A stretch of DNA of 64,000 nt from a virus. Lineage: Duplodnaviria; Heunggongvirae; Uroviricota; Caudoviricetes; Crassvirales. The notes under the pieces were generated by a model that was not told where the DNA came from, searched no databases, and worked only from the letters and a program-made list of their open reading frames with translations. Shown one piece after another: positions 27,301 to 35,914 of this stretch; within the stretch, counting starts at the first letter, position 1, and each line of letters starts with the position of its first letter. The stretch covers positions 1 to 64,000 of IMG/VR virus record IMGVR_UViG_3300042448_001903. One strand, 5' to 3'. A program made the position numbers and the translations under genes.

Positions 27301-28009
27301 TAATGGTTCTTCTGCCAATCGTATTGTTAGAGTGGATACAAATGGAGGTATAGATACCACTTTAGTAACAGGCACTGGGATTAATAACGAGGCTGGTTCA
27401 GTAGAAGTTTTAAATAATGGAGATATTATAATTACTGGGGCCAATATTAATAACTATAATGGAACAGTAATATCAAAAATATTTAAGATAAGTTCCACAG
27501 GAAGTTTTATAGTGAATTATAATTTAGACCCTAGTACAAGTGCTTACCCAACAGTTACACATCAAACTATTGATAATTCAGTGATAACGGTAGGAGAAAA
27601 TAATACTGGCTCCCCAAATTATTGGATTGTTCCTGTTAAAATTAATACAGATAACACAATTAATAATACATTTAAAACTAATGCTGGATCTGGATTTGGT
27701 TCTTATCTATCCACTTCTAATTTAGGATATGCATTAAGTGGGGAGTCTAATGGTAAAATAGTTATAGGAGGTAAGTTTACAAGTTACAATGGCAACACTT
27801 CTGGAGGAATTGTAAAAATAAATTCAAACGGAACATATGATAACTCTTGGCCTATTTCCACTGGATTTTACACAGATTCTTCAACTTTTGTTAGGAGTAT
27901 AAAAATAAATGAAGCACAGAATTTAGTGTACGTTGTAGGTTCTTTTACACAGTTTAACGGACAAACTAGACAAAGAGTGGCAGTCTTACATTTAAATGTT
28001 GCCCCTTAA
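21320..28009 (+). CDS. giant virion protein (2229 aa) with internal poly-Thr linkers and a C-terminal beta-propeller-like repeat domain (about 7 x ~50-aa repeats); candidate tail/muzzle or receptor-binding protein
   Basis: The C-terminal ~350 aa hold tandem repeats with the motif GG.FT.YNG.....I.R.N..G..D..F, resembling the delta-60 repeat beta-propeller family of Bacteroidota. There are two T7 runs, at nt 25637-25657 and 26855-26875. Confidence 0.55.
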   Translation: MAENNQSAGNIREEYNLARIGLDMDSSANQIAKGKLSYALNATIENFDSDSVNYQNEPGNELCLNFPQDYHLIGTHFIPEKNKHIFFLTNPSSGASEIGYMNNNDCTYHTLVSATCLNFNIDNPIHKVVHKITNCTTEIYWTDGLNPRRYLDIENIPYILSYPIALGGNINLCGITETKELDCNKLNVQPNFEIPQLEVVDINTGGELQAGTYQFAIQYCDANGNSYTSYYSVTNPTPIFDAAKTTLNFNYTVGRSIVINVSNLDISGLFKYFNLAVIKTVNAISSVELVGTYFINNVSREITYTGQNVTQIRLTINDIFEKFPYYEIAEDLTTVQDVLVWDGLTSIDRINYQQIANQIDLKWQSYRIPNTETYADELNATNYRGYLRDEVYAFEIVFLLKNGKQTDGFHIPGRAITFNETSEPLVPTTNPDFVGDPEFESGGVGYSAYWKIYNTASVTGFNPEYLAALNKITYKGPYQYGEFAYWESTEKYPCNIDVWGELADQPIRHHKFPDVLVSPIFESPVYSLGPGFSPVMQNDAIFPIGVRIDIQQVSQLIYTSNLTKEQKESIVAFKIVRGDRSTNKSIISKGILRNVGKYNREGTDYYYPNYPYNDLRKDPFILSKSNAYKDECKVYTGTPSVSGTYQYTDCYTNTPITANMTAGTLITITSLSTPIALTGTVTFTESTTIPLSDYYITPELEGFSSDDSKYRHVFNSPETLFGQPYLGNVLKLENIILGGGKAHFVQVREHALYKLLTKEAQKDALNSSTEIASITGTLDPLVLFTAYQAYLQIYINGITRRNYAYSFNSIASYDYSADIINNVGVKQRPLAVAQYIFEGVQAIGETNGININNYNRESSVFLKTIETRNGNVVTPLPFPDKSPSIAPVGVSLFTDNSRFVASDDDKCSTPSEERHIDVISYYGSMKNIFVNQWGQIYSYDTIDTGFQRNIEIDNILNGQPSIDTVFGGDTFIGKFAFKTKLPLFIDDRVNAPDDSDIFYDEVGNIAYPKYWFSSRSILSDYTPTGGTVMKNIISIKAHNFDCPNSQLPAPTPGPPVVVNPNRTYYDGKMYLYAYGIPYFYVESSINVDLRQAFNNQEGDFYPHVSTGIPDNWLQESVVPIAQDNTYYYNVTYSKQNKENLFSHLPNNWEPKVCFTTFPFRAIYSDQQESFTNSGVNNWLNYSATSYFDFPQNFGKLTSLDGIQNKAVLARFENKSLLYNTMLTVQTSNPQAAYLGNDTLFKSAPPIDFAETDLGYVGSQNKFLLKIPQGQITVDAKRGQIFLITGNQASDLSAFGLGMNKFFTDHLAFEILRYYPTVDTDNHFNGIGLHGVYDSKFDRVIISKFDYIPQSSNIKYDEATKDFYVERVVNGVTFKDVVSLSDTNYFCNKSWTLSFNMNTKSWVSFHSYIPNFYIAENNFFYSGINGGCDLEALAFEELPPTTTTTTTVPIPIDFSFVYTCICVGNGCGRISVGPTGVYPEGYITGGSGEYDINSFPYSSESGAINGVFSLNVTHLQNDEVDNGTWYIAVRDHNNPSNITVKSIEINCSNYPVVLGPSGGTEFEACSLYPEGPTTTYYTTTSSLTVDLTIFYTDPACTIPFNGGTLYYSDGTNYYLIGPEGMLYNFFTCPPPSTINWSLSEADLAGEYFVDGRLYIDYTDVSGNLQTLDVDTPSSGSLAVKENTTFTAWNTSNFRGFNVPVDSSTITITVDGISTNVSGGTITDFSIITATAAPVTTVLSGVYTVAATTSVVVTDLSNCICVGYGGQDTCCEAIAGYNEGCIPDPGCYGSSLTVYSSCGSSFGIGCTVYYDPALEFPVLLFNNKWIYDGTTCWHVGPDTVIDGEGSCTTTTTTTLPAEILTSFNSGTGLNNDAWTVDYDSNNNYVVGGDFTAYNGVTYNRIIRFNSSGVPDPTFTGLTSGFNGRVYKVKIQSDNKILVGGAFTSYNGTVANSIIRLNSDGTIDSSFVYGTGFTGQVRDIDIQTDGKIVIVGAFTNYNGSSANRIVRVDTNGGIDTTLVTGTGINNEAGSVEVLNNGDIIITGANINNYNGTVISKIFKISSTGSFIVNYNLDPSTSAYPTVTHQTIDNSVITVGENNTGSPNYWIVPVKINTDNTINNTFKTNAGSGFGSYLSTSNLGYALSGESNGKIVIGGKFTSYNGNTSGGIVKINSNGTYDNSWPISTGFYTDSSTFVRSIKINEAQNLVYVVGSFTQFNGQTRQRVAVLHLNVAP

Positions 28010-28035
28010 TTTAAATAAAAGTTTAATATATATAA

Positions 28036-28902
28036 ATGTCTAAAACAATACTCATAAAATTAACAAAGGCTGGTACTAGAACAGGTCCTTTTACAATCTC
28101 AGATAACTATGGGAATGTATTGGGAACTGATGTTTCTAAGGACAATCTTATTGCAGGGTTTCCAGCAAGTGTTGATGATGCTGTTACTGTTATTGTAATA
28201 CAATCCACAGGAAAATGTAAAGCAAGAATTAATATTCCTGTTAAACAGCTTTATTTGGATGAGGTGGCTAATATAAAATTTACAAATACAAACACAGCTT
28301 CTTTATGGAGACATTTAACTAATACATTAATTTATAATATTTACTACGGAGATATACAACCGTATGTAATTGAATATCCATTTTCTTATCAATTTCAAGA
28401 TGAGATATTACAGAATGTTAAGGATTATACAAAAGTGTATCAATATCTTCCTATTCCAGATGGGGTGTTTAATAACAATGCTAAAATAGAAATAAACAAT
28501 ATTTATTTTAATAAAGCTGTTTTATACAATGGTCAACAGAGCACAGGACTTTTAGAACTAGTGCCTAAACCAAAAAACAACTTAAAAGAGTATTTAAAAT
28601 ATCCTTTATATAATGCAGAAAGTAAAACTATAACTTTTACTAAGTCTGATAACTTCTACCAATACAATACATTTTGGTCTTTAGTGAAGAATAAATCTAT
28701 ACCTTTGTTCTCAACAGGATGTGAGTCTTTATCAGTGGATAAAATAATTAACCAACCTAATATGGACTATTCTAAGAGAAGCTTTAAAAAGGAACCATTA
28801 AGAGCTAAAGAATTAAAAATAAGACATATATTAGATGATAGAGCTGATGCTCATTTAATCTCTCAATTTATTGTGGCACCTGCTCAAATTAGTTATAAAT
28901 AA
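28036..28902 (+). CDS. hypothetical virion protein (288 aa)
   Basis: The ORF is in the track. Confidence 0.45.
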   Translation: MSKTILIKLTKAGTRTGPFTISDNYGNVLGTDVSKDNLIAGFPASVDDAVTVIVIQSTGKCKARINIPVKQLYLDEVANIKFTNTNTASLWRHLTNTLIYNIYYGDIQPYVIEYPFSYQFQDEILQNVKDYTKVYQYLPIPDGVFNNNAKIEINNIYFNKAVLYNGQQSTGLLELVPKPKNNLKEYLKYPLYNAESKTITFTKSDNFYQYNTFWSLVKNKSIPLFSTGCESLSVDKIINQPNMDYSKRSFKKEPLRAKELKIRHILDDRADAHLISQFIVAPAQISYK

Positions 28903-31900
28903 TGGCAAAGAAACCTATACAAAAGAAAGTAAAAAAGGATAAAGAGTTAAACTATAACGATTATTCTATTAACCTATCTCCAAATTTTGTAGGAGATGGG
29001 TATAACACTATTGGACGTAATTATTCTCCTGCATGGGGGGGACAGTTTCAAATGGGTGGCAATCTTCCTGGTTCTGTAGGAATGATGTATGCACGTACAA
29101 ATAGTCCTGCTCCTAGTAATGGTCCTTATGCTAAGAAAACAAAAGCTAGTGCGCAGAATGGTAAGGAAATGAAATTCTATCAAGAAGGTCTTGATTTCAG
29201 ACCAAAAACTATAAGCAAGAAAGGCTCTAAAATAATAAAAGACCCAAGAGGACAATGGGCTCATCCAGGAAAAATAACAGAAATACCTTCCAATGAAATA
29301 ACCATGCAAGGTGTAAACTATCCTGTTTTAGGTGTAAGCAATACAGGAGATACACAAATGATGTATCCAAACCAAGATTATGTATATGAAGGAGATTCTG
29401 TAATAGAATATCCAATGATGCAAAAAGGAGGTCGCACTCCTATATTTACAGACAATCCTAATGATTCAAGACTTAGAGCTTATACTGATAGTTTAAATCT
29501 ATATAATAGAGGTAAAAAAGCTTTTGTTGAGTATAATAGTGATGAGTATGATGTAAAAGATTATAAACCTGATAAAAATTGGGGAAAGACAAAAGTCTCT
29601 AAAAAAGATATAATAGAAGCTATAAATAGTACTAAGGAGATGTCTGGGTATTCATATGGTTCTCCTAAGAACTTTAAAGAAAGAGTTAATCTTTTAAACA
29701 AATCATTGAATACTGGTATATATCCTACAAATATGATATATCCTCAAAGAGAAGACCCTAACTTAATCTATAAAAAACCATTACAACCTATTATCTATAA
29801 AAAATCTGAACCAAAAAAAGACATTAAAAAGGAAGAAACTAAACAAGAGTCTTTACCAGTTGTTCAATCAACAATTTCTACTCCCCAAACTAATTATAAT
29901 CAAGGAACTCCTGTATATGCCTCAACACCTTATGCTAATGGTCCTGGAGCTTTTGTTGGATATGAAACACCTCAAGGAGACACTGTATTTATTAAACCAG
30001 AAGATTATGGAAGAATGGGTGTTCCTTATTATGGAAAAGAATTTATACAAAAGAATTCTAAAAAGAAAATGGAAGACGGTGGATCTATTCAAGACAGAGG
30101 TCAACTAAAAAAATTAGACCAATTAACAAACTTTACAAATTATAATGATATGGCCAAGGCTAAAACAGGTAAGAAAATAAAAAAAGCCCAAATGGGAATG
30201 AATGCCTTAACAGGTATAGGAAGTTCTTTATTAGGAGCTAAAGGAGGAACTGATAATCAACAAGCAGGTCAAATAGGAAATATTCTAGGTGGACTTGGTA
30301 GTATATTTACAGGAGGGTCTGGAAATTTTGGTGGAATGAGTGGTAATCAATTGGGTAGTCAAGCATTAGATCTTTTTGGAGGATCTGGAACAGCTGGAAA
30401 AATTATGAATGTAGGACCTGCAGGAGCTTTAGGAAAAGGTGGCGCAGGATTTGCAAAAGGGCTTGGTGCAGCAGGGCTTGGCCTTGTTGATTCTGCAGGA
30501 GATATAATGAAAGGTTTTGGTGAAATGAAACAGCAGAAACAAAATATTAAAAAAGCTGATCAATATGCTCAAGTGACAGGTCTTACAGCACAAGCTGCTG
30601 AAATGCGTCCAGAAAAAGTGAGACGTAAATATGTTAGACCTGAAGATACTATTTTACAACCAGAACAAATGGCTCCTAGTTATGGTGGCGGAAGTAATTT
30701 CTTAGCGGCTGAGTTTGGTGCACAAATTGGTGGTAACCAAACAGAGATACAAAACATGTACAATCCTGGTACTCTTTATGATGATCTTGGATATGAGCCT
30801 TTAAATGATACAGATGTAAAACAATTTAGACATGGTGGACATATTCCTACAGCAGAGTTTGGAGATTATTTCCAAAGTTCTGGCCAAGCTTCTATAGGTA
30901 AAGGTGTAGGATCTGCAATAGGAACAGCGTTTTTTGGGCCCGTTGGTGGAATGGTGGGGGGACTTTTAGGAGGTGTTGCTGGAAATGCTTTAGGTGGAGC
31001 ACAAGATGCAGAAAAACTTAGAGGATTTCAAAAACAAGCTGAAGATAATACACTAAGAGCTGCTTACCAACAAACAGGACAAAATATTCAAAACCAATAT
31101 TCTTCTTTCATGGAAGATGGAGGATATGTATCAAATGATTGGCAACCACAAGTCTTAGCTAAATTTGGTGAATATGATGTTAAAGATCTTTTTGCTCCAG
31201 ATAGAACAATGAATACATTACGCTCTGGAGGACATATTACACAAAATTATACATTCCCTCAAGATCAGTTTCAAATGGGAGGTGAGCTTCAAACCCATTG
31301 GGGTGGGTATGCAGAACCCATTTCTCAAAATCCATATCTCCCTGGAACAGGAGAAACTGTGATGTTCAGAGGACAATCACATGAGGAAACAAATGGAAAA
31401 GGACAATCTGGTATAGGGGTGACATATGGCGATAACCCTGTAGAAGTGGAAAGAGGTGAACCAGCTATTAAGATGGAAGATGGTGGTGAACAAAGCATGG
31501 TGGTATATGGAAATATGCAAATCCCTAAATATGGTGTAGAAGCTTTACAAGATCCAAAAGCTAAAGGGAAGAAGTTTAAGAATTACATTAATGATATTTC
31601 CAAAACAGAAGCTAAACAAAATAAAATTATAGATAAGTCTACAGAAAGAGTGAACAATTTAGATGTTTACACTCCTTTTGACGGATTAGAAATGAATGCT
31701 TTACAAGCAAATTTAATTGGTGCAGATATGAAATTAAAAAATATAGCTCAGAAAAAACAAACAGCAGCTCAAGTGCAAAATGCAATTCTTGATACAGCAG
31801 AAGAATTAGGACTGGAGTCTGATGCTCTTGCTAAAGGACAAATTAAAAAAGCTAAGTTTGGAGCTAAACTACAGACAGCTCAAGATGGTACAGAAGAGTT

Positions 31901-33068
31901 TTTAATAAGAGCAAAACAACCAGGATATATTGATTATAATGCAATGCCTGTTTCTGGAAATGAGCTTTGGAATAAAGATAGTTATTCTTCTAAATGGATT
32001 CCTAAAGTAAAAGAAGCTTTTAACAACCCTACTAAAGCTAGAGATCTTATTTCTCGTTTAGAAAACTATGGTGGACAAGATGCAGAGGATGTAAAAAATG
32101 CTTTGAAAAAAGGCAAAACTTTTGAGGAAAAAAAGAATATTGCTATGAGATTGGCTACTGATAAGAAAGTGGGCCCATATCATAAAATAATGAACGATCT
32201 TATTGATATAAAAAGAACTCCTGCAGAAACTATTATTGATAGACAAAGACCAACATTAGGAGGGTTTGAACCAAAAGGAGGACCAATAGATTTTAGAAAA
32301 GCAGTTCCTGAAGAAAAGCAAAAAGGAAAATTTAACTGGAGAGGGTTGGCAGAGTCAGCAATATCTAATTTAAATCCTTTGTTTAGACCAACAGACCAAG
32401 AACCATTAGATCCTTCTCAATTAATGGCAGAGCAATATGCTTTAGCAACAAATCAATTAGAACCTGTTCAGGCCCAGTCTTACAAACCACTACTAGAACA
32501 ACCATTTGATATTTCTCTACAGGATCAATTAAATGCTAATCAAGCAGATTTTAATGCAATTCAAAGGACAGTGAGAAATAATCCAGCTGCTCTATCAGCT
32601 TTAGCTGCTCAAAAATACGGAGCTAATTCTGGTGTATTAGGCAATCAATTTAGAATGAACCAAGCGGAAAGAGCAGGTGTTTATAATAGGAACAGAGGAA
32701 CACTAAATGATGCTCAGTTAAAAAATCTAACTCTTTACGATCAACAATACACTAGACAAGCTCAAGCAAAAACAAATACAAAACAACAAGCTCAAGCAGC
32801 TCTTAGTTCTATTTCTGACAAAATGGCTAAAAACAGATTAGAAAACAAAACATTAGGCATATACGAAAATCTATATAATTATAGATTTGGACCTAAAGGG
32901 CAGGCTATTAATTACAATGATCCTGCACAGTTTAATTTAGAAGGAAACCCTTTTGCTAGACCCACTACTGTGGACACTAAAAAATCTTCAAAAGAGGACA
33001 CTGGGAAATATGGGGCTAAAATAAAATCTAGAAATGGATCTATTGTAAAAGCTATTAAAAACCTATAA
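28902..33068 (+). CDS. giant virion protein (1388 aa) with central Gly-rich low-complexity segment and recurring (M)EDGG / QMGG / GGHI motifs; candidate internal/ejection (cargo) protein
   Basis: There is a Gly/Ala/Ser-rich stretch of about 100 aa encoded around nt 30200-30520. Motifs such as WGGQFQMGG, MQKGGRTP, KMEDGGSIQ, RHGGHIP, FMEDGGYVS, RSGGHIT, FQMGGELQ and KMEDGGEQS are repeated. Confidence 0.5.
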   Translation: MAKKPIQKKVKKDKELNYNDYSINLSPNFVGDGYNTIGRNYSPAWGGQFQMGGNLPGSVGMMYARTNSPAPSNGPYAKKTKASAQNGKEMKFYQEGLDFRPKTISKKGSKIIKDPRGQWAHPGKITEIPSNEITMQGVNYPVLGVSNTGDTQMMYPNQDYVYEGDSVIEYPMMQKGGRTPIFTDNPNDSRLRAYTDSLNLYNRGKKAFVEYNSDEYDVKDYKPDKNWGKTKVSKKDIIEAINSTKEMSGYSYGSPKNFKERVNLLNKSLNTGIYPTNMIYPQREDPNLIYKKPLQPIIYKKSEPKKDIKKEETKQESLPVVQSTISTPQTNYNQGTPVYASTPYANGPGAFVGYETPQGDTVFIKPEDYGRMGVPYYGKEFIQKNSKKKMEDGGSIQDRGQLKKLDQLTNFTNYNDMAKAKTGKKIKKAQMGMNALTGIGSSLLGAKGGTDNQQAGQIGNILGGLGSIFTGGSGNFGGMSGNQLGSQALDLFGGSGTAGKIMNVGPAGALGKGGAGFAKGLGAAGLGLVDSAGDIMKGFGEMKQQKQNIKKADQYAQVTGLTAQAAEMRPEKVRRKYVRPEDTILQPEQMAPSYGGGSNFLAAEFGAQIGGNQTEIQNMYNPGTLYDDLGYEPLNDTDVKQFRHGGHIPTAEFGDYFQSSGQASIGKGVGSAIGTAFFGPVGGMVGGLLGGVAGNALGGAQDAEKLRGFQKQAEDNTLRAAYQQTGQNIQNQYSSFMEDGGYVSNDWQPQVLAKFGEYDVKDLFAPDRTMNTLRSGGHITQNYTFPQDQFQMGGELQTHWGGYAEPISQNPYLPGTGETVMFRGQSHEETNGKGQSGIGVTYGDNPVEVERGEPAIKMEDGGEQSMVVYGNMQIPKYGVEALQDPKAKGKKFKNYINDISKTEAKQNKIIDKSTERVNNLDVYTPFDGLEMNALQANLIGADMKLKNIAQKKQTAAQVQNAILDTAEELGLESDALAKGQIKKAKFGAKLQTAQDGTEEFLIRAKQPGYIDYNAMPVSGNELWNKDSYSSKWIPKVKEAFNNPTKARDLISRLENYGGQDAEDVKNALKKGKTFEEKKNIAMRLATDKKVGPYHKIMNDLIDIKRTPAETIIDRQRPTLGGFEPKGGPIDFRKAVPEEKQKGKFNWRGLAESAISNLNPLFRPTDQEPLDPSQLMAEQYALATNQLEPVQAQSYKPLLEQPFDISLQDQLNANQADFNAIQRTVRNNPAALSALAAQKYGANSGVLGNQFRMNQAERAGVYNRNRGTLNDAQLKNLTLYDQQYTRQAQAKTNTKQQAQAALSSISDKMAKNRLENKTLGIYENLYNYRFGPKGQAINYNDPAQFNLEGNPFARPTTVDTKKSSKEDTGKYGAKIKSRNGSIVKAIKNL

Positions 33069-33154
33069 TTAATTCGATTATACCAGATTAATAAAAACTG
33101 TTATATCTTTTGGTATATAAAATATTTTAAATTACTTTTGTTAATTCTTATAAT

Positions 33155-35914
33155 ATGGCCTCATTTACCGATACACAGATACAACCATTTAACCCCTATG
33201 TGCAACAACTTCCTGTTGATGCTATGGTTAAAGTGGGCATGGCTAAACAGCAACAATATGACCAAGGAGTACAAAAAATCCAGGGATATATTGATAATAT
33301 TGCTGGTATGGACGTTTCTAGGGATGTAGATAAAGAACATTTAAAGTCTAAGTTAAATGAACTTGGTGGAAAATTAAGAACCGTAGCTTCGGGGGATTTT
33401 TCTAACCAACAATTGGTTAATTCTGTAGGGGGAATGGCTACACAAATTGTTAAAGATCCATTTGTTCAAGCAGCTGTATATTCAACAGCTAATGACAGAG
33501 AACAGAACAAACAAATGGAAGCTGATGAAAAAGCTGGTAAACTAACCCCACAAGCAAGATATTATTATGACCTTAAAAGGAATGCTTATTTATCAAACCC
33601 CAATTTAAAAGATCAGTCTGGAAAACCAATAAAATTTTCAGGGCAATATACACCTTCTTGGGATATTGAAAAAAATCTTATAGAGGCTGTAAAGGCTGTA
33701 GGGGATAGTAAATATGAAGCACAGCAGGTATTTAAAACAGATCCTGCTGGTAAAATATTATACGATAAAGCAGGAGCTCCTATACTTTCTGAATATGCTG
33801 TAGAAGAAATAAAACAAGGGAAGTTCAGTGAAAAAATTGCTGCAGCTATTGACACTGTTTTGAGTAGACCAGAAGCTAAGCAAGAAATGGCTATGCGTGG
33901 TGTTTATAATTATAGAGGATATAATAAATTAGATGATTTTGTTCGCCAATATGAGGAAGAAAAGAACAAAGGAGTTTCTATTTTAGAATCTAAGAGATTA
34001 GATCTTCTATCTAAAGGAGCTTCTGAAACAGATCCTGAAAAGAAAAAATTAATACAAAGTCTTATAGACAAAACAGATAATGATATTTCCACTTTAAAAC
34101 AATATGGCGATGAAAAAATACAGAGAGCCAGACAAGTGGGTGATCTTGATACATGGAAATCATTAGTGTACGAACAAGGATTAAAAAATAAATTCACAGA
34201 AGCTTATACAACAGAAACAATAAGTAGAAAATATGTTGAAAGTGCTCCTTGGAAAGCTGAAAGACAACGTATTAAAGATGAAAGAGATTGGTGGGCAGAC
34301 CAACAAAATATTAAACAGGGATGGTCTAGAATAGATATTTCTAAACAACAACTTGCTTTAGATAAAGAAAAATGGAAAAACGATCCTAATAATCCAGATA
34401 AACCTTTAACCCCTGGTTCAGACTATTTAACAAAATCATTAAATGATGTAGAAGTTTTTTCTAATTGGATAGAAAAAGGACAAAAAATAGAAGAAAGTGC
34501 TAAGAAAACAAAAGATCAATTTGTCTTTAATTATGTTAAAGCAATAAATTTTGCAAATGGTAAATCTGTTTCTGATGAAGATATAAGAAAAAATATTACT
34601 GAGTGGGAAAAAAATGCTCCTGGATATATAGATAGGACTTATGATAGGGCTAAAGATGATATTCAAAAAAATCCCAAAAATCCATATTATACACCTCTTC
34701 TTACACAATTACCTGTAGCAGAAGCTAATCAAAGAGCTTTAAGTGATTATTCAAATGAAGTGAAAGACTTGAATAAACATCCCGATGTTTTAAGTGCAGG
34801 TTCTGGAGAAAATTTAGATTTTACTAAATTAGGGAAAGGCCTACCTTCTTTTAATATATCATTAAGTGAAGATGATGTTTTATTAGGAGGAACTAGGATG
34901 CCTTTTCAAGAGAAAAAACATTTTAATTTTCAAATAACACCTAAAGATATTCTTAATGCTAGTTTGGTTTATAATAATGATTTTTTAAAAAATCAGGAAT
35001 ATTCTGCATTTGCTAAACAGGCTAAAGAAGAATTAGAAAAAAAATTTGGTAGCCAAGCGTATAGAATACCTGGTTTAATTGGTTCTCCTGTTGTTAGACT
35101 TTATGCAAAAGATGCGGGGGTTAGTGAAGAAGGGATAGAAAGGATTTTTAATACTAGTAAATTAATTACATCTAGTGTAGGTCAAAATGTTTTATCTGCT
35201 AAAGCAAAAGTGTTAAAACAAAAAATGTTAGGCAATGAGCCTCTAGTTGTTTCGTTATATCCTGAGGATGCTAAGGAGCCCCAAATTAAATCTGTCAATC
35301 AACGACTTAATGAAGTGATTGATAATTATAAAGGAACAATAGATGTTGACAAATTTACTAACTTTTTAGCAGGAAAAGATAGAGACAAGTATAATGTTTC
35401 TATTGGTGTTGATAGAGGAACTCCTGGAAGTTATGGAGAAACTTTTACATTAGACCTTTATGATGGAAACACTTTAGTACAACAATTACCTATTGATAAA
35501 AGATCAGCAAATTATATAAAAGGAGCAGTTATTAATCTTCCTGCCCCTGTTTCAGATGTTAATAGAAAAATTGCATGGAGTGAAAACAACAGAACAACAA
35601 ATTCTATAACAGGAGATCCAAACAACCCTGTTGCATATACAGGTGCTTATTATCCACCATCATTCTTTCATCAAAGACAAGAAACAGATATTTTAGGAGC
35701 AGATATAAAAGTTAATGATCTTGGTCAACATAATATTTACTTTTATATAAAAGATGGAGAAGGTAATGTAAGAGGTATTGCTGATAAAAATCCAGGAGAT
35801 ATATACCCTGTTGCATATCCATCTGCTGATGCAGCACAGTCTTTTATAAATAGCTTAACTCCAGGTAGACTTCAAACAATTAAAACACTTAGTGGATTAA
35901 ACTTTAAAAAATGA
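33155..35914 (+). CDS. large virion protein (919 aa), function unknown
   Basis: The ORF is in the track. Its stop overlaps the start of the 4157-aa gene. Confidence 0.5.
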   Translation: MASFTDTQIQPFNPYVQQLPVDAMVKVGMAKQQQYDQGVQKIQGYIDNIAGMDVSRDVDKEHLKSKLNELGGKLRTVASGDFSNQQLVNSVGGMATQIVKDPFVQAAVYSTANDREQNKQMEADEKAGKLTPQARYYYDLKRNAYLSNPNLKDQSGKPIKFSGQYTPSWDIEKNLIEAVKAVGDSKYEAQQVFKTDPAGKILYDKAGAPILSEYAVEEIKQGKFSEKIAAAIDTVLSRPEAKQEMAMRGVYNYRGYNKLDDFVRQYEEEKNKGVSILESKRLDLLSKGASETDPEKKKLIQSLIDKTDNDISTLKQYGDEKIQRARQVGDLDTWKSLVYEQGLKNKFTEAYTTETISRKYVESAPWKAERQRIKDERDWWADQQNIKQGWSRIDISKQQLALDKEKWKNDPNNPDKPLTPGSDYLTKSLNDVEVFSNWIEKGQKIEESAKKTKDQFVFNYVKAINFANGKSVSDEDIRKNITEWEKNAPGYIDRTYDRAKDDIQKNPKNPYYTPLLTQLPVAEANQRALSDYSNEVKDLNKHPDVLSAGSGENLDFTKLGKGLPSFNISLSEDDVLLGGTRMPFQEKKHFNFQITPKDILNASLVYNNDFLKNQEYSAFAKQAKEELEKKFGSQAYRIPGLIGSPVVRLYAKDAGVSEEGIERIFNTSKLITSSVGQNVLSAKAKVLKQKMLGNEPLVVSLYPEDAKEPQIKSVNQRLNEVIDNYKGTIDVDKFTNFLAGKDRDKYNVSIGVDRGTPGSYGETFTLDLYDGNTLVQQLPIDKRSANYIKGAVINLPAPVSDVNRKIAWSENNRTTNSITGDPNNPVAYTGAYYPPSFFHQRQETDILGADIKVNDLGQHNIYFYIKDGEGNVRGIADKNPGDIYPVAYPSADAAQSFINSLTPGRLQTIKTLSGLNFKK

